Source of the DNA: Escherichia coli
GTDB lineage: Bacteria; Pseudomonadota; Gammaproteobacteria; Enterobacterales; Enterobacteriaceae
Strand: one strand, 5' to 3'
Length of the DNA: 64,000 nucleotides
Assembly (NCBI RefSeq): GCF_051903065.1
Contig: NZ_CP178438.1
In this document: positions 38,487 to 52,700 of the stretch, one piece after another
Layout of the letters: every line of letters begins with the position of its first letter
Numbering within the stretch: the first letter of the stretch is position 1
Notes under the pieces: model-generated
What the model was told of the DNA's origin: nothing
Seen by the model: the letters and a program-made list of their open reading frames with translations, nothing else
The model's database searches: none
Made by a program: the position numbers and the translations under genes

Positions 38487-39539
38487 ATGCCAGTGTTACA
38501 CAACCGCATTTCCAACGACGCGTTAAAAGCCAAAATGTTGGCTGAGAGCGAACCGCGAACCACCATTTCGTTTTACAAGTATTTCCACATCGCCGATCCT
38601 AAGGCGACCCGTGACGCTTTATATCAGCTGTTTACCGCGCTGAATGTTTTTGGGCGAGTGTATCTGGCGCATGAGGGCATTAACGCGCAAATCAGCGTAC
38701 CTGCGAGCAATGTTGAAACATTTCGCGCGCAGCTCTATGCCTTCGACCCGGCTTTAGATGGCTTACGCCTGAATATCGCGTTGGATGATGACGGGAAATC
38801 CTTCTGGGTACTGCGCATGAAGGTCCGCGATCGTATCGTTGCCGACGGTATTGACGATCCTCACTTTGATGCCGGCAATGTTGGTGAGTATCTGCAAGCG
38901 GCGGAAGTGAACGCCATGCTTGACGATCCCGATGCACTGTTTATCGACATGCGTAACCACTATGAGTATGAAGTGGGGCACTTTGAAAACGCGCTGGAAA
39001 TTCCGGCAGATACTTTCCGTGAGCAGCTGCCAAAAGCAGTTGAGATGATGCAGGCACATAAAGATAAAAAAATCGTCATGTACTGCACCGGCGGCATTCG
39101 TTGTGAAAAGGCCAGTGCCTGGATGAAACATAACGGATTCAATAAAGTCTGGCATATCGAGGGCGGAATTATTGAATACGCCCGTAGGGCGCGCGAGCAG
39201 GGCTTGCCGGTGCGTTTTATTGGCAAAAATTTTGTTTTTGACGAGCGGATGGGCGAACGTATATCTGATGAGATTATTGCGCATTGCCACCAGTGCGGTG
39301 CGCCGTGCGACAGCCATACCAACTGTAAAAATGATGGCTGCCACCTGCTGTTTATCCAGTGTCCAGTATGCGCGGAAAAATACAAAGGTTGTTGTAGTGA
39401 GATTTGCTGCGAAGAAAGCGCGTTACCGCCAGAAGAACAGAGACGCCGTCGGGCAGGACGTGAAAATGGCAATAAGATCTTTAATAAGTCTCGTGGACGT
39501 CTGAATACAACACTGGGCATTCCTGATCCAACAGAATAA
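38487..39539 (+). CDS. trhO: Rhodanese-domain tRNA uridine(34) hydroxylase YceA (TrhO)
   Basis: 350 aa from internal ATG ([17 protein letters not shown]...), rhodanese active-site Cys in [10 protein letters not shown], Cys-rich C terminus. Confidence 0.9.
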   Translation: MPVLHNRISNDALKAKMLAESEPRTTISFYKYFHIADPKATRDALYQLFTALNVFGRVYLAHEGINAQISVPASNVETFRAQLYAFDPALDGLRLNIALDDDGKSFWVLRMKVRDRIVADGIDDPHFDAGNVGEYLQAAEVNAMLDDPDALFIDMRNHYEYEVGHFENALEIPADTFREQLPKAVEMMQAHKDKKIVMYCTGGIRCEKASAWMKHNGFNKVWHIEGGIIEYARRAREQGLPVRFIGKNFVFDERMGERISDEIIAHCHQCGAPCDSHTNCKNDGCHLLFIQCPVCAEKYKGCCSEICCEESALPPEEQRRRRAGRENGNKIFNKSRGRLNTTLGIPDPTE

Positions 39540-39580
39540 ATATCATTGCCGGATGCGTGCCATCCGGCAACATTTCACTC

Positions 39581-40156
39581 TTACTTCTGCTGTACGCCTT
39601 CCACTGAAATAATCAGATCCACTTCCTGAGAAGCTGGACCTAAATCTGTCTTGATATTGAAGTCCTTGAGCTTAATTTTGCCTTCGGCCTCGAAGCCTGC
39701 ACGTTTACCACCCCACGGGTCGTCGCCCTGACCAATTAATTTCGCTTCCAACGTGACGGGTTTGGTTACACCATTCAGCGTCAGATCGCCGGTAATATCC
39801 AGTTCGTCACCGTCTTTCTTCACGCTGGTGGAGGTGAATGTTGCCTGTGGATATTTTGCGGTATTGAGAAAATCCGCACTGCGAAGATGTTTATCGCGTT
39901 CGGCGTGGTTAGTATCGACGCTGGTGGTGTTAATTGTCACATTCACTTTATCGGCAGCTGGATTTTTTTCATCAAAGGTAAAAGTACCGTCGAAATCTTT
40001 AAAGGTGCCATATAACCAGCTATAGCCAAGATGCTGGATGCGGAAGTTAACAAAGGCGTGCTGACCTTCTTTGTCAATTTTGTAATCGGCGGCAACCGCT
40101 GAACCGGCAGAGAACATCAGGGACGCGAAGGTTAAACCAAGCAGGCTTTTTTTCAT
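39581..40156 (-). CDS. yceI: Periplasmic polyisoprenoid-binding protein YceI
   Basis: 191 aa with signal peptide. Confidence 0.93.
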
Positions 40157-40159
40157 TTT

Positions 40160-40726
40160 TTATACTCCATAGTCAGATGACGACTTTCCCAGCATGCGCT
40201 TCAGAGTGTCGTCTTTATCGATGAAATGATGCTTCAGGGCCATAAATCCGTGCATAACGGACAGCACTACGACGCTCCACGCGAGCCAAAAATGCAGGGC
40301 ACCGGCAAAGTCTGCCTGTGCGCCAGCGTCGGCAAGGGTCGCGGGGACGTCAAACCAGCCAAAAACGCTGATCGGTTTACCATCGGCAGTTGAGATCAGA
40401 TAGCCGCTGATGCCGATGGCGAACAGCAATAGGTACAATGCGAGATGTCCAGCTTTTGCGGCAAGACGAGTCATGGGCGAATAACTCGGCAGCGGACCCG
40501 GCGGTGGAGATATGACGCGCCACAGAACGCGAATAACCAGCCCCATCATTAACAAAATACCGATGCTTTTATGCAGTTCGGGTGCTTTGTGATACCAGCC
40601 ATCGTAATAACTGAGCGTGACCATCCACAGACCTAAAGCAAACATGCCGTAGACAATAATTGCGCTTAGCCAATGGAAGGCCGCAGATATAACACCATAG
40701 CGTTCAGGGGTATTTGTGAATGACAT
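40160..40726 (-). CDS. yceJ: Cytochrome b561 homolog YceJ
   Basis: 188 aa from internal ATG (MSFTNTPERYGVISAAFHW...). Confidence 0.88.
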   Translation of the reverse strand: MSFTNTPERYGVISAAFHWLSAIIVYGMFALGLWMVTLSYYDGWYHKAPELHKSIGILLMMGLVIRVLWRVISPPPGPLPSYSPMTRLAAKAGHLALYLLLFAIGISGYLISTADGKPISVFGWFDVPATLADAGAQADFAGALHFWLAWSVVVLSVMHGFMALKHHFIDKDDTLKRMLGKSSSDYGV

Positions 40727-40986
40727 AAGTGCATCCAAAACGAATTTGCGAGAGAAAGAAAATGGCGTGTCGGAGAATGAATTGCAACACAAAAATAACA
40801 AATTGAATGATATTTATTTTTATTTCAATAATTTTGAATTAATAATGAAAGAATCTTCATAAGTTTAGTGGGTTCAGCATCAGAGATGTCTGGTGAGTGC
40901 TGTAGAAGCAGGAATAATCTCATTCAATTTTTCACGCTAAATGAAAGGGAGATTAAATATTTGTCAGTTTATGTCAGTGCGGAAAA

Positions 40987-41100
40987 CTAAAAATAAAACA
41001 CATAGATCAGATCCATAATTGCCAACAATCCCCAGAGAAAAAGATAAAGCATCAGATGCTCGCGAATATTATTGATGAGATAGTGCAACAGCCGACGCAT
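40987..41100 (-). CDS. yceO: Small membrane protein YceO
   Basis: 37-codon [40 protein letters not shown] read from the minus strand; below the ORF-track size cutoff. Confidence 0.6.
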
Positions 41101-41147
41101 TAAATACTCCTGTAAAAACGGCCTCATTCTGGAGGCCGTAATGATGA

Positions 41148-42266
41148 TTATTGGAAGCGGGAAAGCCTGAATGGCGTCAAATCAAAATCGCTTTTTTTGT
41201 CTTGCGCAAAATCGGCAGCTATTTCCCCTAAAACTGACGCAAATTTAAAACCGTGCCCACTCAGGCCGGTAATGAGCAGTGTATTATCGTGGCCGGGTAG
41301 GGTATCGATAATAAAATCTTCGTCAGGCGAATTATCATAGGTGCAGGCAGCGCCGTACAGGCAGCAACCGATACCCGGCAATACATTGCGCAAGAACGGG
41401 AAGGCTTCTGACCCATCACTGGCCACTTCCGCAAACGGAACACGTTCATCCGCTGAATGGATAACCTGGCCTCCGTTATGTTTGCCAATCTTCAACGCGT
41501 CGTTTTCTGCCGGAAAACCATAATATTGATCGCCATTGGGCAGTTCACCGGTAAACGCCGGGAATTTATTCTTCACGCTATAGCGGCCATCGGCCTGATA
41601 CCAGGCAAATACTTTACGTACGGGCTGGACAGGCAGCTCCGGGAGCAGGTCTTTTACCCATGTTCCCGCGCAGACAATCGCTTTTTTCGCCTGATACTCA
41701 CCGTCAGCCGTTTCAATAGTTACGCCATCATCGTCATGACGAATTGCGGTGACCGGGCAGTTGAACAGTTGCGCACAGCCCGCTTCCTTCGCCAGTTGGA
41801 TCCAGGTTTTAATCGCCAGTTCGCTGCGCAAAAAACCGGAATCAGTCTCAAATAAGCCGATGTAATTGTCCGGGACGCGTATTTCTGGCCAGCGGGCCAT
41901 AATCCCTTGCGCATCGAGCTTTTCAACGTTGAGTTGCCACTGTTCGGCGCTGTGGGCGACGTTAGCGAGAAAAGCGGAGTCAGCCGGGCCAAGGTTAATG
42001 ACACCAGAGCGTACAAAAATGGGATCATCTTCGTTGTGGCGGGAGAGGTCATCCCACAGCGTTTGTGCGCGGAGGACCAGCGGGACATACTTTTCGCCTT
42101 CACCATAAGCATGGCGAATTAATCGCGTATCGCCGTGGTGGCTGCCGTGTTGATGTGGTGGCATATGGGCGTCGGTCATAAGCACGTTTAAACCGGCGCG
42201 GGTTGCATAATACCCGGCGGCAGCGCCTACGGAACCGCTGCCAATAATGATGAGATCGTATTTCAT
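41148..42266 (-). CDS. solA: N-methyl-L-tryptophan oxidase SolA (FAD)
   Basis: 372 aa, [24 protein letters not shown]-binding fold. Confidence 0.93.
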
Positions 42267-42380
42267 TTTTTTCTCTCTGCTCTCATGGTTTAAGCAGAGT
42301 AATTAACTGAATGCAGATATACAACCCAGAAATGGTAAAGGCACCGGTGAGGTGCCTTTTGGGTGGATGGTCATGTCATG

Positions 42381-42635
42381 TTAATGACGCCGATACTCGT
42401 TTACCGGGAAATCACCGGATTCAATTTTGGCGATTCCTGCTTCTAATATCGAAATAAATTGTCTGGCAACATCAGTGGTTAACCAGAGCGTCTGACCAAC
42501 TTCAGTCCCTTCCTGCTCGGACTTATTTGGGGTCTGGTAGTGCAAACGCAACATCAGCGCATCATAGCTATCAACGGTGCTGATGTCCCACCCTACGAGC
42601 GGATGAGTCTGAATGACTTCATTATTTTTTTCCAT
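42381..42635 (-). CDS. bssS: Biofilm regulator BssS (YceP)
   Basis: 84 aa from second ATG (MEKNNEVIQTHPLVGWDI...). Confidence 0.9.
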   Translation of the reverse strand: MEKNNEVIQTHPLVGWDISTVDSYDALMLRLHYQTPNKSEQEGTEVGQTLWLTTDVARQFISILEAGIAKIESGDFPVNEYRRH

Positions 42636-42881
42636 CATGGCCCCCTAATTCGTGTTACTAGACAACGTTATTCGAGGTTCAATGCGTTTTTATCTGAAGC
42701 AACTTCAGTATACCAATAAGTAAGGGTATTCACCGAATTTTTAAAGGGGGAAACAGATAAATTTCTGCTTTTAAGATTTATATGAACAATAAAACAGCAT
42801 GTCATTCATATTTTTTTAGCATATTGTGCAATTATTTTGAGGAAGTGTAGAAATTTTGTACTCAAAATTCGTAAGTAAAAT

Positions 42882-42905
42882 AAAAAAGCCGGGGCGACCC
42901 GGCAA
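42882..42905 (-). terminator. Hairpin terminator downstream of dinI
   Basis: GCCGGGGCGACCCGGC flanked by A/T runs on both sides. Confidence 0.5.
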
Positions 42906-42924
42906 AAACAAAAATCACTGCATA

Positions 42925-43170
42925 TTATTCGCTGACAAACCAGTCATCGGCGCTTTCCCACGTTTCCTGGAGAATTTCGCTAATGCGCTGTTTATCTTCT
43001 TTTGTCGCGCCAATAACCGATAAATTATTCGCTGCGGCATAACGTACCGATACGTGGCCTTCATTATCAGGAAACGCATACTGAATACGGCGGGAAAGTT
43101 CGCCAGCCAGGGCGTCAATAGCCCCAGCTGGCAATGGAGAAGTTTTCGCTATGGTGACTTCAATTCGCAT
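42925..43170 (-). CDS. dinI: DNA damage-inducible protein DinI
   Basis: 81 aa from internal ATG (MRIEVTIAKTSPLPAGAIDALAGELSRRIQ...). Confidence 0.93.
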   Translation of the reverse strand: MRIEVTIAKTSPLPAGAIDALAGELSRRIQYAFPDNEGHVSVRYAAANNLSVIGATKEDKQRISEILQETWESADDWFVSE

Positions 43171-43189
43171 AATAGCCCCCTGTTGAATA

Positions 43190-43209
43190 TACTGGTTATT
43201 TATACAGGT
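43190..43209. promoter_or_regulatory. LexA (SOS) box of dinI
   Basis: Minus strand reads ACCTGTATAAATAACCAGTA (CTGT-N8-CCAG), 20 bp upstream of the dinI start. Confidence 0.65.
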
Positions 43210-43243
43210 AAAATAACCTAATGACAACAGGAAGCTACGATTT

Positions 43244-44290
43244 TTATTGTTTAACGGACCAGCGTACCGTTTCCCCGGCGAGGAATGGCACCAAGGTGTC
43301 ATCAGTCAGTGCGATGCTTTCAGCAACCTGTTGCTCTTCACGTACCAGTTCGATGAATGTGTCGTTGACCGGCAACCCATAGAACTGCGGGCCGTTTACA
43401 GAACAGAATGCTTCAAAGTGCTGCAGAGCATTCATCTCTTCAAAGACGGTAGCGTAACTGCCCAGCGCGGTTGGGGCGTTGAAGCAGCCCGCGCAGCCGC
43501 AACTGCTCTCTTTGCGATGACGTGCATGTGGCGCAGAATCCGTACCGAGGAATACTCGATTAAAACCGCTGGCGACCAGTTCACGCAATGCCTGTTGGTG
43601 AATATTGCGTTTGAGGATGGGTAGACAATACAGGTGCGGACGCACGCCTCCAACCAGCATATGGTTGCGGTTAAACATCAGATGCTGCGGAGTGATGGTG
43701 GCAGCCAGCCGTTCATTTCCGTCACAGACATAGTCGGCAGCATCTTTGGTGGTGATGTGCTCAAAAACGACTTTCAGCGCAGTCAGGCGCTGGCGCAGAG
43801 GTTCCATCACGCTTTCTATAAAGCGCGCTTCACGATCAAAAATGTCGATATCTGCATGTGTCACTTCACCATGCACCAGTAGCGGCATACCGATTTTTTC
43901 CATACGCTCAAGTACCGGCATGATTGCGTCAATTGACGTCACGCCGTGGCTGGAGTTAGTGGTTGCGTTTGCCGGGTAAAGTTTTGCAGCGGTGAACACG
44001 CCTTCGTTAAATCCGCGCTCCAGCTCATTAGGATCCAGCGAATCTGTTAAATAACAGGTCATCAATGGGGTGAAATCGTGCCCGGCAGGTACGGCGTCAA
44101 GAATACGTTGGCGATACGCCACGGCAGCCTCAACGGTGGTCACGGGCGGAGCCAGATTGGGCATTACGATAGCCCGTCCATAAATTTCGCTGGTATACGG
44201 CACGACAGTTTTTAACATGTCGCCATCGCGGAGGTGAAGGTGCCAGTCGTCTGGGCGGCGGATCTTTAATACCTGGGATGGTGCAGTCAT
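43244..44290 (-). CDS. pyrC: Dihydroorotase PyrC
   Basis: 348 aa [23 protein letters not shown]... Confidence 0.95.
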   Translation of the reverse strand: MTAPSQVLKIRRPDDWHLHLRDGDMLKTVVPYTSEIYGRAIVMPNLAPPVTTVEAAVAYRQRILDAVPAGHDFTPLMTCYLTDSLDPNELERGFNEGVFTAAKLYPANATTNSSHGVTSIDAIMPVLERMEKIGMPLLVHGEVTHADIDIFDREARFIESVMEPLRQRLTALKVVFEHITTKDAADYVCDGNERLAATITPQHLMFNRNHMLVGGVRPHLYCLPILKRNIHQQALRELVASGFNRVFLGTDSAPHARHRKESSCGCAGCFNAPTALGSYATVFEEMNALQHFEAFCSVNGPQFYGLPVNDTFIELVREEQQVAESIALTDDTLVPFLAGETVRWSVKQ

Positions 44291-44341
44291 TAATCTCTAT
44301 GCTCCGGCTGAAGGGATGTTTTTGCCGGACACAAAGGATAA

Positions 44342-44357
44342 GCGGAAACGTTTTCCT
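44342..44357. promoter_or_regulatory. Candidate PurR operator in pyrC promoter
   Basis: GCGGAAACGTTTTCCT, a palindrome around AACGTT resembling the PUR box ACGCAAACGTTTGCGT. Confidence 0.45.
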
Positions 44358-44364
44358 TTGCACG

Positions 44365-44390
44365 AAAAATAAAGGGCGCGAATGCGCCCT
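44365..44390 (-). terminator. Rho-independent terminator of yceB
   Basis: Minus strand GAGGGCGCATTCGCGCCCTT followed by TATTTTT. Confidence 0.5.
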
Positions 44391-44395
44391 CGTGA

Positions 44396-44956
44396 TTAAT
44401 CAGTAAATGGAATGACAATTTCGCCAGGCTTCACTTCAATGCCTTTCGCCAGTTTTTTCGCCATTGCTTCGCCCTGGCTGCCATCTTCGCGCAGGACGTA
44501 AGCAGGTTGCTGGTTAAAGTAATTGCGTAATGCCTGGTTCAAATAGGGAAGCAACGTTTGCATCACCGTTTGCATTTTTTCCGGTTGTACCGTCGCATCG
44601 ACCACTTCCATCTCTTTCAGGAAGATCGCACCTTTTTCTTTATCAAACACGGGCAGCGCTTTCAGCTTCAGTTTCATGGTCGCTTTCTGACTACCGAACA
44701 GGGAGTTCATGTCCAGATTGGCGTCTCCGGTTAGGGTAACCTTATTCGGCTCTTCGCGACCAATTTGGCTGGTCAGGTTTGTCAGAACAATATGGGCGTC
44801 AGCCACGCCGGGTAAACCGATATCTTTTGAGAAATTATTATGTTTCGCAAGCGACTGGTTAATTTCTTGTTCGGTGATGGTGTATTGGGTGAGTTGATTA
44901 CAGCCAACGAGCAGGCCACTGACGATCAATACAGCGGCAAATAAAAACTTGTTCAT
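44396..44956 (-). CDS. yceB: Lipoprotein YceB (DUF1439)
   Basis: 186 aa from internal ATG (MNKFLFAAVLIVSGLLVGC...); track ORF is an upstream extension. Confidence 0.9.
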   Translation of the reverse strand: MNKFLFAAVLIVSGLLVGCNQLTQYTITEQEINQSLAKHNNFSKDIGLPGVADAHIVLTNLTSQIGREEPNKVTLTGDANLDMNSLFGSQKATMKLKLKALPVFDKEKGAIFLKEMEVVDATVQPEKMQTVMQTLLPYLNQALRNYFNQQPAYVLREDGSQGEAMAKKLAKGIEVKPGEIVIPFTD

Positions 44957-45089
44957 GGTAGTCCTCGACATGAAATCTGCGTCAATATCCTGACACAACG
45001 CAGCATGTGTCACCAGCGATAAACTCGCCAGCAGAAAAAACTGAAAACGGCGGCAACCCGCGAATACAGGCTGCCGCGGCGGGTCAGGA

Positions 45090-45737
45090 TTAAATCGCCA
45101 TTGATGATAACAAATTGATTTGTGTCTGTTTCGCCATATTATCGCGGTAATCAGCAACGCGGCTTGGCCAGTTAATTCCGGCTACCAGCGTCAGATTACG
45201 CAGTAGCGGGAATAGCTGAATATCATCTTCCGAAAGTTCGCCATTCACGGCGTTCGGTTTGACGATCAGTTTGTCCAGCGCACGTAAATCATCGCTGATA
45301 TTCTTAATCAGACCGTCAGAGTGGGCCAGCAGGTCGGCAAAATTACCCGCGCTGGCCTCTTTCTTGTCGACGAAATATTTGCGCGCGGCGGGAGTAGAAA
45401 ACTCATCAAATGCCGATTTGGCAAAACGCGGCAACAGCAGTTTGTTGGCGTAGCCATTGACCTTGCGCAGCCACTCTTCAATTGCAGGGGAACGTTTGCC
45501 GGTCAGTAACGGTTTGCCGTCGAGTTTATCGACATAGTGAACGATATCCATGCTTTCTGGCATATAGCGGCTGTCATCTTTTTGCAGAATGGGAACCTGT
45601 TTTTGACCGACCATCCGGGTGGGTGTTTCTGCGTCGTCGTTGAGCAGAACATGTAATTCGACGGGGATATTTTTCAGGCCGAAAATCATGCGGGCTTTGA
45701 GGCAGTAAGGGCAGTGATCGTAAATGTATAGCTTCAC
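45090..45737 (-). CDS. grxB: Glutaredoxin 2
   Basis: 215 aa, MKLYIYDHCPYCLKARM CPYC active site. Confidence 0.95.
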   Translation of the reverse strand: MKLYIYDHCPYCLKARMIFGLKNIPVELHVLLNDDAETPTRMVGQKQVPILQKDDSRYMPESMDIVHYVDKLDGKPLLTGKRSPAIEEWLRKVNGYANKLLLPRFAKSAFDEFSTPAARKYFVDKKEASAGNFADLLAHSDGLIKNISDDLRALDKLIVKPNAVNGELSEDDIQLFPLLRNLTLVAGINWPSRVADYRDNMAKQTQINLLSSMAI

Positions 45738-45800
45738 GTGACTCCTCCATTTGGCTGTCAGTTCACTTTCAGTATGGAGGAGTCAGGGGGGAGTATCAAA

Positions 45801-47009
45801 TCAGGCGTCGCGTTCCAGCAAACGACGCGCGGCGCGTTTCTGGCTAAACTGCCAGCCCAGCGCAAGGAAAGTGAAGATGCCAATAATGCCCAGCATCATC
45901 CACGGAAGCTCTGGTTGGTGCGCCGATTTGCCCAGGTCAAACAGCCAGCCGCCACCGATATAACCAATAGCGCCACCAATCGCCAGACCCAGACGGCTAA
46001 ACCCCATATAGCTGCCGCGAGCTCTTGCGTCCGCCAGCGAAGCACTTAAGGTTTCACGCGCAGGCTCGGCAATGATCGACCCGATATAAAACAGACAAAT
46101 CAGGGTGAAAAGTTGTTGCAGGCCGCTGACCATGCCCACCGGCATCATGCTTAATGACATTATCAACAGCCCAGCCATCAACCGGTGTTCCAGACGAAAA
46201 TGCTTTTCACTCCAGCGGGCGATAGGATAGAGCAACGTTAACGAGAGACACGCTTCAATGGCATACATCCATTTAACGGCAGAGGGCGCGCCAGCCACGT
46301 CGTTGACCATAATTGGCAGCATCAGCATCACTTGTACAGCCAGCATGTAGTAACCCGCCAGCGTCAGAACATAGGTGACAAAACGCTTGTCGCGCATCAC
46401 TCGGGTCATGCCTTCGCGAACGGGCGTGCGTACGGTGGAGAGTTTCCATGCCGGTAACAACCACGCATTGAACGCTGCACACAGCACAAACAAAACTGCC
46501 CCTGTGGCGCAGACCAGGCGAAAGTCGTATTGCAACAGCCAGCTCCCCAACAATGCGCCAATGACTGCACCGGCACTGTCCTGCATCATCAATAGCGAGA
46601 AAAAACGACCACGCTGTTGTGGACGGATTAGTTTCACCACCAGCGCCGAACGCGGCGGATCAAACAACGTGCCGCCGAGTCCCGAGAGCAGGCATGAAAA
46701 CCACAATAGCCACGGTTCGTGGGCGATACCCATTGTGGCGAATCCGGCGGCGCGCATCAGCATACCGGTAACAATCATCGGTTTGGCACCAAAGCGGTCG
46801 GCAATTGCGCCGCCGAAAATACCCAGACCTTGCTGAATAAATTGGCGTAGACCGAGAGCAATACCGACCATGACGGCGGCCCAGCCCATTTGATCAACGA
46901 AGCGGATAGAGATCAGCGGGAAGACAACAAAGAACCCCAGCACGACCAGCATATTATCGATGAGCAGGAAATATTTACCCAGGTTCCTCGCCTGCGACAC
47001 GCGGGACAT
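45801..47009 (-). CDS. mdtH: MFS multidrug resistance protein MdtH
   Basis: 402 aa from internal ATG ([23 protein letters not shown]...). Confidence 0.9.
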
Positions 47010-47244
47010 TTCCCCTCCCGGGAAATAAAAGATGAGCACTTTCTATTCTGCATTGCCGCTAAGACTTTTCCCATCACTTCGGGGACAATATTTTTTTATC
47101 AAAACGTCGCTTTGATAGAGAGTTTTTATCAAATATGTGAATAATGCAGAAAATGGCATTTTGGACTTTTCACAGGGTCTGGTTGCGCAGGTATAGTAAT
47201 ACTTACAGCGTATTAAAGACGTTACGGGAAGGAGTAGGTATAGA

Positions 47245-48487
<1,243 letters not shown>

Positions 48488-48488
48488 A

Positions 48489-49412
48489 GTGAAAAAATTA
48501 CGTATCGGCGTAGTGGGATTAGGCGGCATTGCGCAAAAAGCGTGGTTACCGGTGCTGGCGGCAGCGTCTGACTGGATGTTACAAGGAGCCTGGTCGCCTA
48601 CACGCGCGAAAGCCCTGCCAATTTGTGAAAGCTGGCGCATTCCTTATGCCGATTCGTTATCCAGCCTTGCTGCCAGTTGCGATGCGGTTTTTGTACATTC
48701 CAGCACCGCCAGTCACTTTGACGTGGTCAGTACGTTACTCAATGCGGGGGTACATGTCTGTGTCGATAAACCGCTGGCAGAAAATCTGCGCGATGCTGAA
48801 CGGCTGGTGGAACTGGCGGCGCGGAAAAAACTGACGTTGATGGTCGGTTTTAACCGTCGTTTCGCACCACTCTACGGTGAGTTAAAAACGCAACTCGCCA
48901 CCGCAGCCTCGCTAAGAATGGATAAACATCGTAGCAATAGCGTCGGGCCACACGATCTTTATTTCACGTTGCTGGATGATTATCTGCATGTGGTGGATAC
49001 CGCGCTGTGGTTGTCGGGCGGCAAAGCCTCTCTGGATGGCGGTACGCTATTGACTAACGACGCTGGCGAAATGCTGTTTGCCGAGCACCATTTTTCGGCC
49101 GGTCCTTTGCAGATCACCACTTGTATGCATCGCCGTGCCGGAAGTCAGCGTGAAACCGTGCAGGCCGTGACTGACGGGGCGCTCATCGACATTACGGAAA
49201 TGCGCGAATGGCGTGAGGAGCGTGGGCAGGGTGTAGTGAATAAACCGATTCCTGGTTGGCAGAGCACTCTTGAGCAACGTGGATTTGTCGGCTGTGCGCG
49301 GCACTTCATTGAATGTGTGCAAAATCAGACAGTTCCGCAAACCGCCGGCGAACAGGCCGTGCTGGCGCAACGTATCGTTGACAAGATCTGGCGCGATGCG
49401 ATGAGTGAATAA
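48489..49412 (+). CDS. yceM: Gfo/Idh/MocA-family oxidoreductase YceM (MviM)
   Basis: 307 aa from GTG 48489 (MKKLRIGVVGLGGIAQKAW...), Rossmann motif. Confidence 0.88.
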   Translation: MKKLRIGVVGLGGIAQKAWLPVLAAASDWMLQGAWSPTRAKALPICESWRIPYADSLSSLAASCDAVFVHSSTASHFDVVSTLLNAGVHVCVDKPLAENLRDAERLVELAARKKLTLMVGFNRRFAPLYGELKTQLATAASLRMDKHRSNSVGPHDLYFTLLDDYLHVVDTALWLSGGKASLDGGTLLTNDAGEMLFAEHHFSAGPLQITTCMHRRAGSQRETVQAVTDGALIDITEMREWREERGQGVVNKPIPGWQSTLEQRGFVGCARHFIECVQNQTVPQTAGEQAVLAQRIVDKIWRDAMSE

Positions 49413-49434
49413 ACCCTGTAACATCTGGCGGTAG

Positions 49435-51057
<1,623 letters not shown>

Positions 51058-51096
51058 CAATGCATTCCGGCCTGCAGTGCAGGCCGGAGATAATCT

Positions 51097-51513
51097 TCAG
51101 ATCGAAATCTTTTTACTGCCGCGATGGGTTGTTGAGGTCTGACCGTTCGCCCCATATAGCGTCGGTTCCTGATGCGGTTTCAACATTTCCAGCGCCTGTT
51201 GATTGCGCTCAATCTGTCCTTCCAGTAACCAGCCGTTATGTTGATTCATTTGGCGTAGTTGCTGCGTTTTCACAGCAATTTCCTGCCAGCGTTGACTAAT
51301 ATCAACGCTATTTGCTGTATTGGGTTCTTTCCTGTGTAACTGTTCGAGGTAATCCAACGTTGCCAGCAGTGAGCTTTTTTGTTCTGTAATCCATTGCAAC
51401 TGGCTGCCGTTGATCTGCCCCATAGAGAGATGTTGCTGCTCTTGATCCATTACCGTTTTGAGATCGTTAAGCACAGCGGACATCTGGTCGAGGATCTCTG
51501 CAAGACGCGTCAT
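51097..51513 (-). CDS. flgN: Flagellar export chaperone FlgN
   Basis: 138 aa. Confidence 0.95.
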   Translation of the reverse strand: MTRLAEILDQMSAVLNDLKTVMDQEQQHLSMGQINGSQLQWITEQKSSLLATLDYLEQLHRKEPNTANSVDISQRWQEIAVKTQQLRQMNQHNGWLLEGQIERNQQALEMLKPHQEPTLYGANGQTSTTHRGSKKISI

Positions 51514-51517
51514 ACGA

Positions 51518-51811
51518 TTAATTACTCTGCAAGTCTTGCTGCGCTTCGTTGATCAGCGCATCGGCAATTTTGCCGGTGTCCATTTTTAGTTCACCGTTAC
51601 GAATCGCCAGTTTTAACGCTTCGACACGTTCAAGATTGATATCACTGCTGCCGGGTTGCATCAGTTTTGCTTGCGCGTCGCTTAACGTCACACTGGTGCT
51701 GGTGGATGCTGTTGTTTTTGCCGCCCGGGTGTTCGTTACCGGCGCGTCAGTGGTTTCGCGCGGTTGAACGGTGCTTACGGGCTTCAGAGGCGAAGTGCGA
51801 TCAATACTCAT
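51518..51811 (-). CDS. flgM: Anti-sigma-28 factor FlgM
   Basis: 97 aa [22 protein letters not shown]... Confidence 0.95.
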   Translation of the reverse strand: MSIDRTSPLKPVSTVQPRETTDAPVTNTRAAKTTASTSTSVTLSDAQAKLMQPGSSDINLERVEALKLAIRNGELKMDTGKIADALINEAQQDLQSN

Positions 51812-51854
51812 GGTTTATTCCTCATTGAGGGCGCTTTTATCATGTGTTGCTTAT

Positions 51855-51881
51855 TTATCGGCAAGGGACGGGTAATCTTTA
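51855..51881 (-). promoter_or_regulatory. Sigma-28 (FliA) class 3 promoter for flgMN
   Basis: Minus strand reads TAAAGATT-N11-GCCGATAA, matching the sigma-28 consensus TAAAGTTT-N11-GCCGATAA, between flgA stop and flgM start. Confidence 0.6.
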
Positions 51882-51886
51882 ACAGC

Positions 51887-52546
51887 TTACAGGTTTATAA
51901 GAATATTCCCATCTGCATCAACAACGCCGCTGACTACCTGTCCAGATACCATGCGCACCCGCGCATTCTGTGCGACGGCTGCATTGTTCAGCGCCTGACC
52001 TTCAGCGTTGGCGCTAAACCCATCACCGCTGGCGATCACATTGACGCGTTGTCCCGCTTTTACCCGCCATGCCTGGCGAAACTGGGTTAACTGGATAGGT
52101 TGATCGGGTGATAGATCGCGCAGGCTAACGGCATCAACAAGTTGATTGATATCCAGCACCGTACGCGGTGGCAGGGTATCCAGCCGTCCGCGTTTTAGTT
52201 TGACATTGCCAGCTTCCAGCTTTCCTCCCCGCACAATGGGCATCGCGGCAACCACATAATTTCCTGTGGCCTGCACATTAACCTGTAAATATCGTTTGTC
52301 GTTACCGCAGCGTGCCAACACATTCACATTGCCCCACAGGCGGGAATTATTGCTCATCGAAAGCAATGGCTGCTCGCACGGCGGTAGTAGATTGGGCGCT
52401 GTACGAATAGAAACACGAACCTCATCACTTATCCCTGCGAGCTGGGAGCTAAAAAAGGTTTGCAATTGCGATGTGAGATTGCTCGCCGCACTTAACGGAC
52501 TGAACAGTATCGCGATGATCGCCACGCTACGTTTTATTGCCAGCAT
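51887..52546 (-). CDS. flgA: Flagellar P-ring assembly chaperone FlgA
   Basis: 219 aa. Confidence 0.95.
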   Translation of the reverse strand: MLAIKRSVAIIAILFSPLSAASNLTSQLQTFFSSQLAGISDEVRVSIRTAPNLLPPCEQPLLSMSNNSRLWGNVNVLARCGNDKRYLQVNVQATGNYVVAAMPIVRGGKLEAGNVKLKRGRLDTLPPRTVLDINQLVDAVSLRDLSPDQPIQLTQFRQAWRVKAGQRVNVIASGDGFSANAEGQALNNAAVAQNARVRMVSGQVVSGVVDADGNILINL

Positions 52547-52700
52547 TTTCGCCCCCAGCCATTTCTACAACGTGAATTGTACCTGTCCGCAATGACCATC
52601 AACGGCATAAATAGCGACCCATTTTGCGTTTATTCCGCCGATAACGCGCGCGTAAAGGCATTTAAGCTGATGGCAGAATTTTGATACCTGCGGAGGAGAT
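52547..52700. promoter_or_regulatory. Divergent flgA / flgB class 2 promoter region
   Basis: 154-bp intergenic region between divergent flgAMN and flgBCDEFGHIJ; FlhDC sites not individually resolved. Confidence 0.55.
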
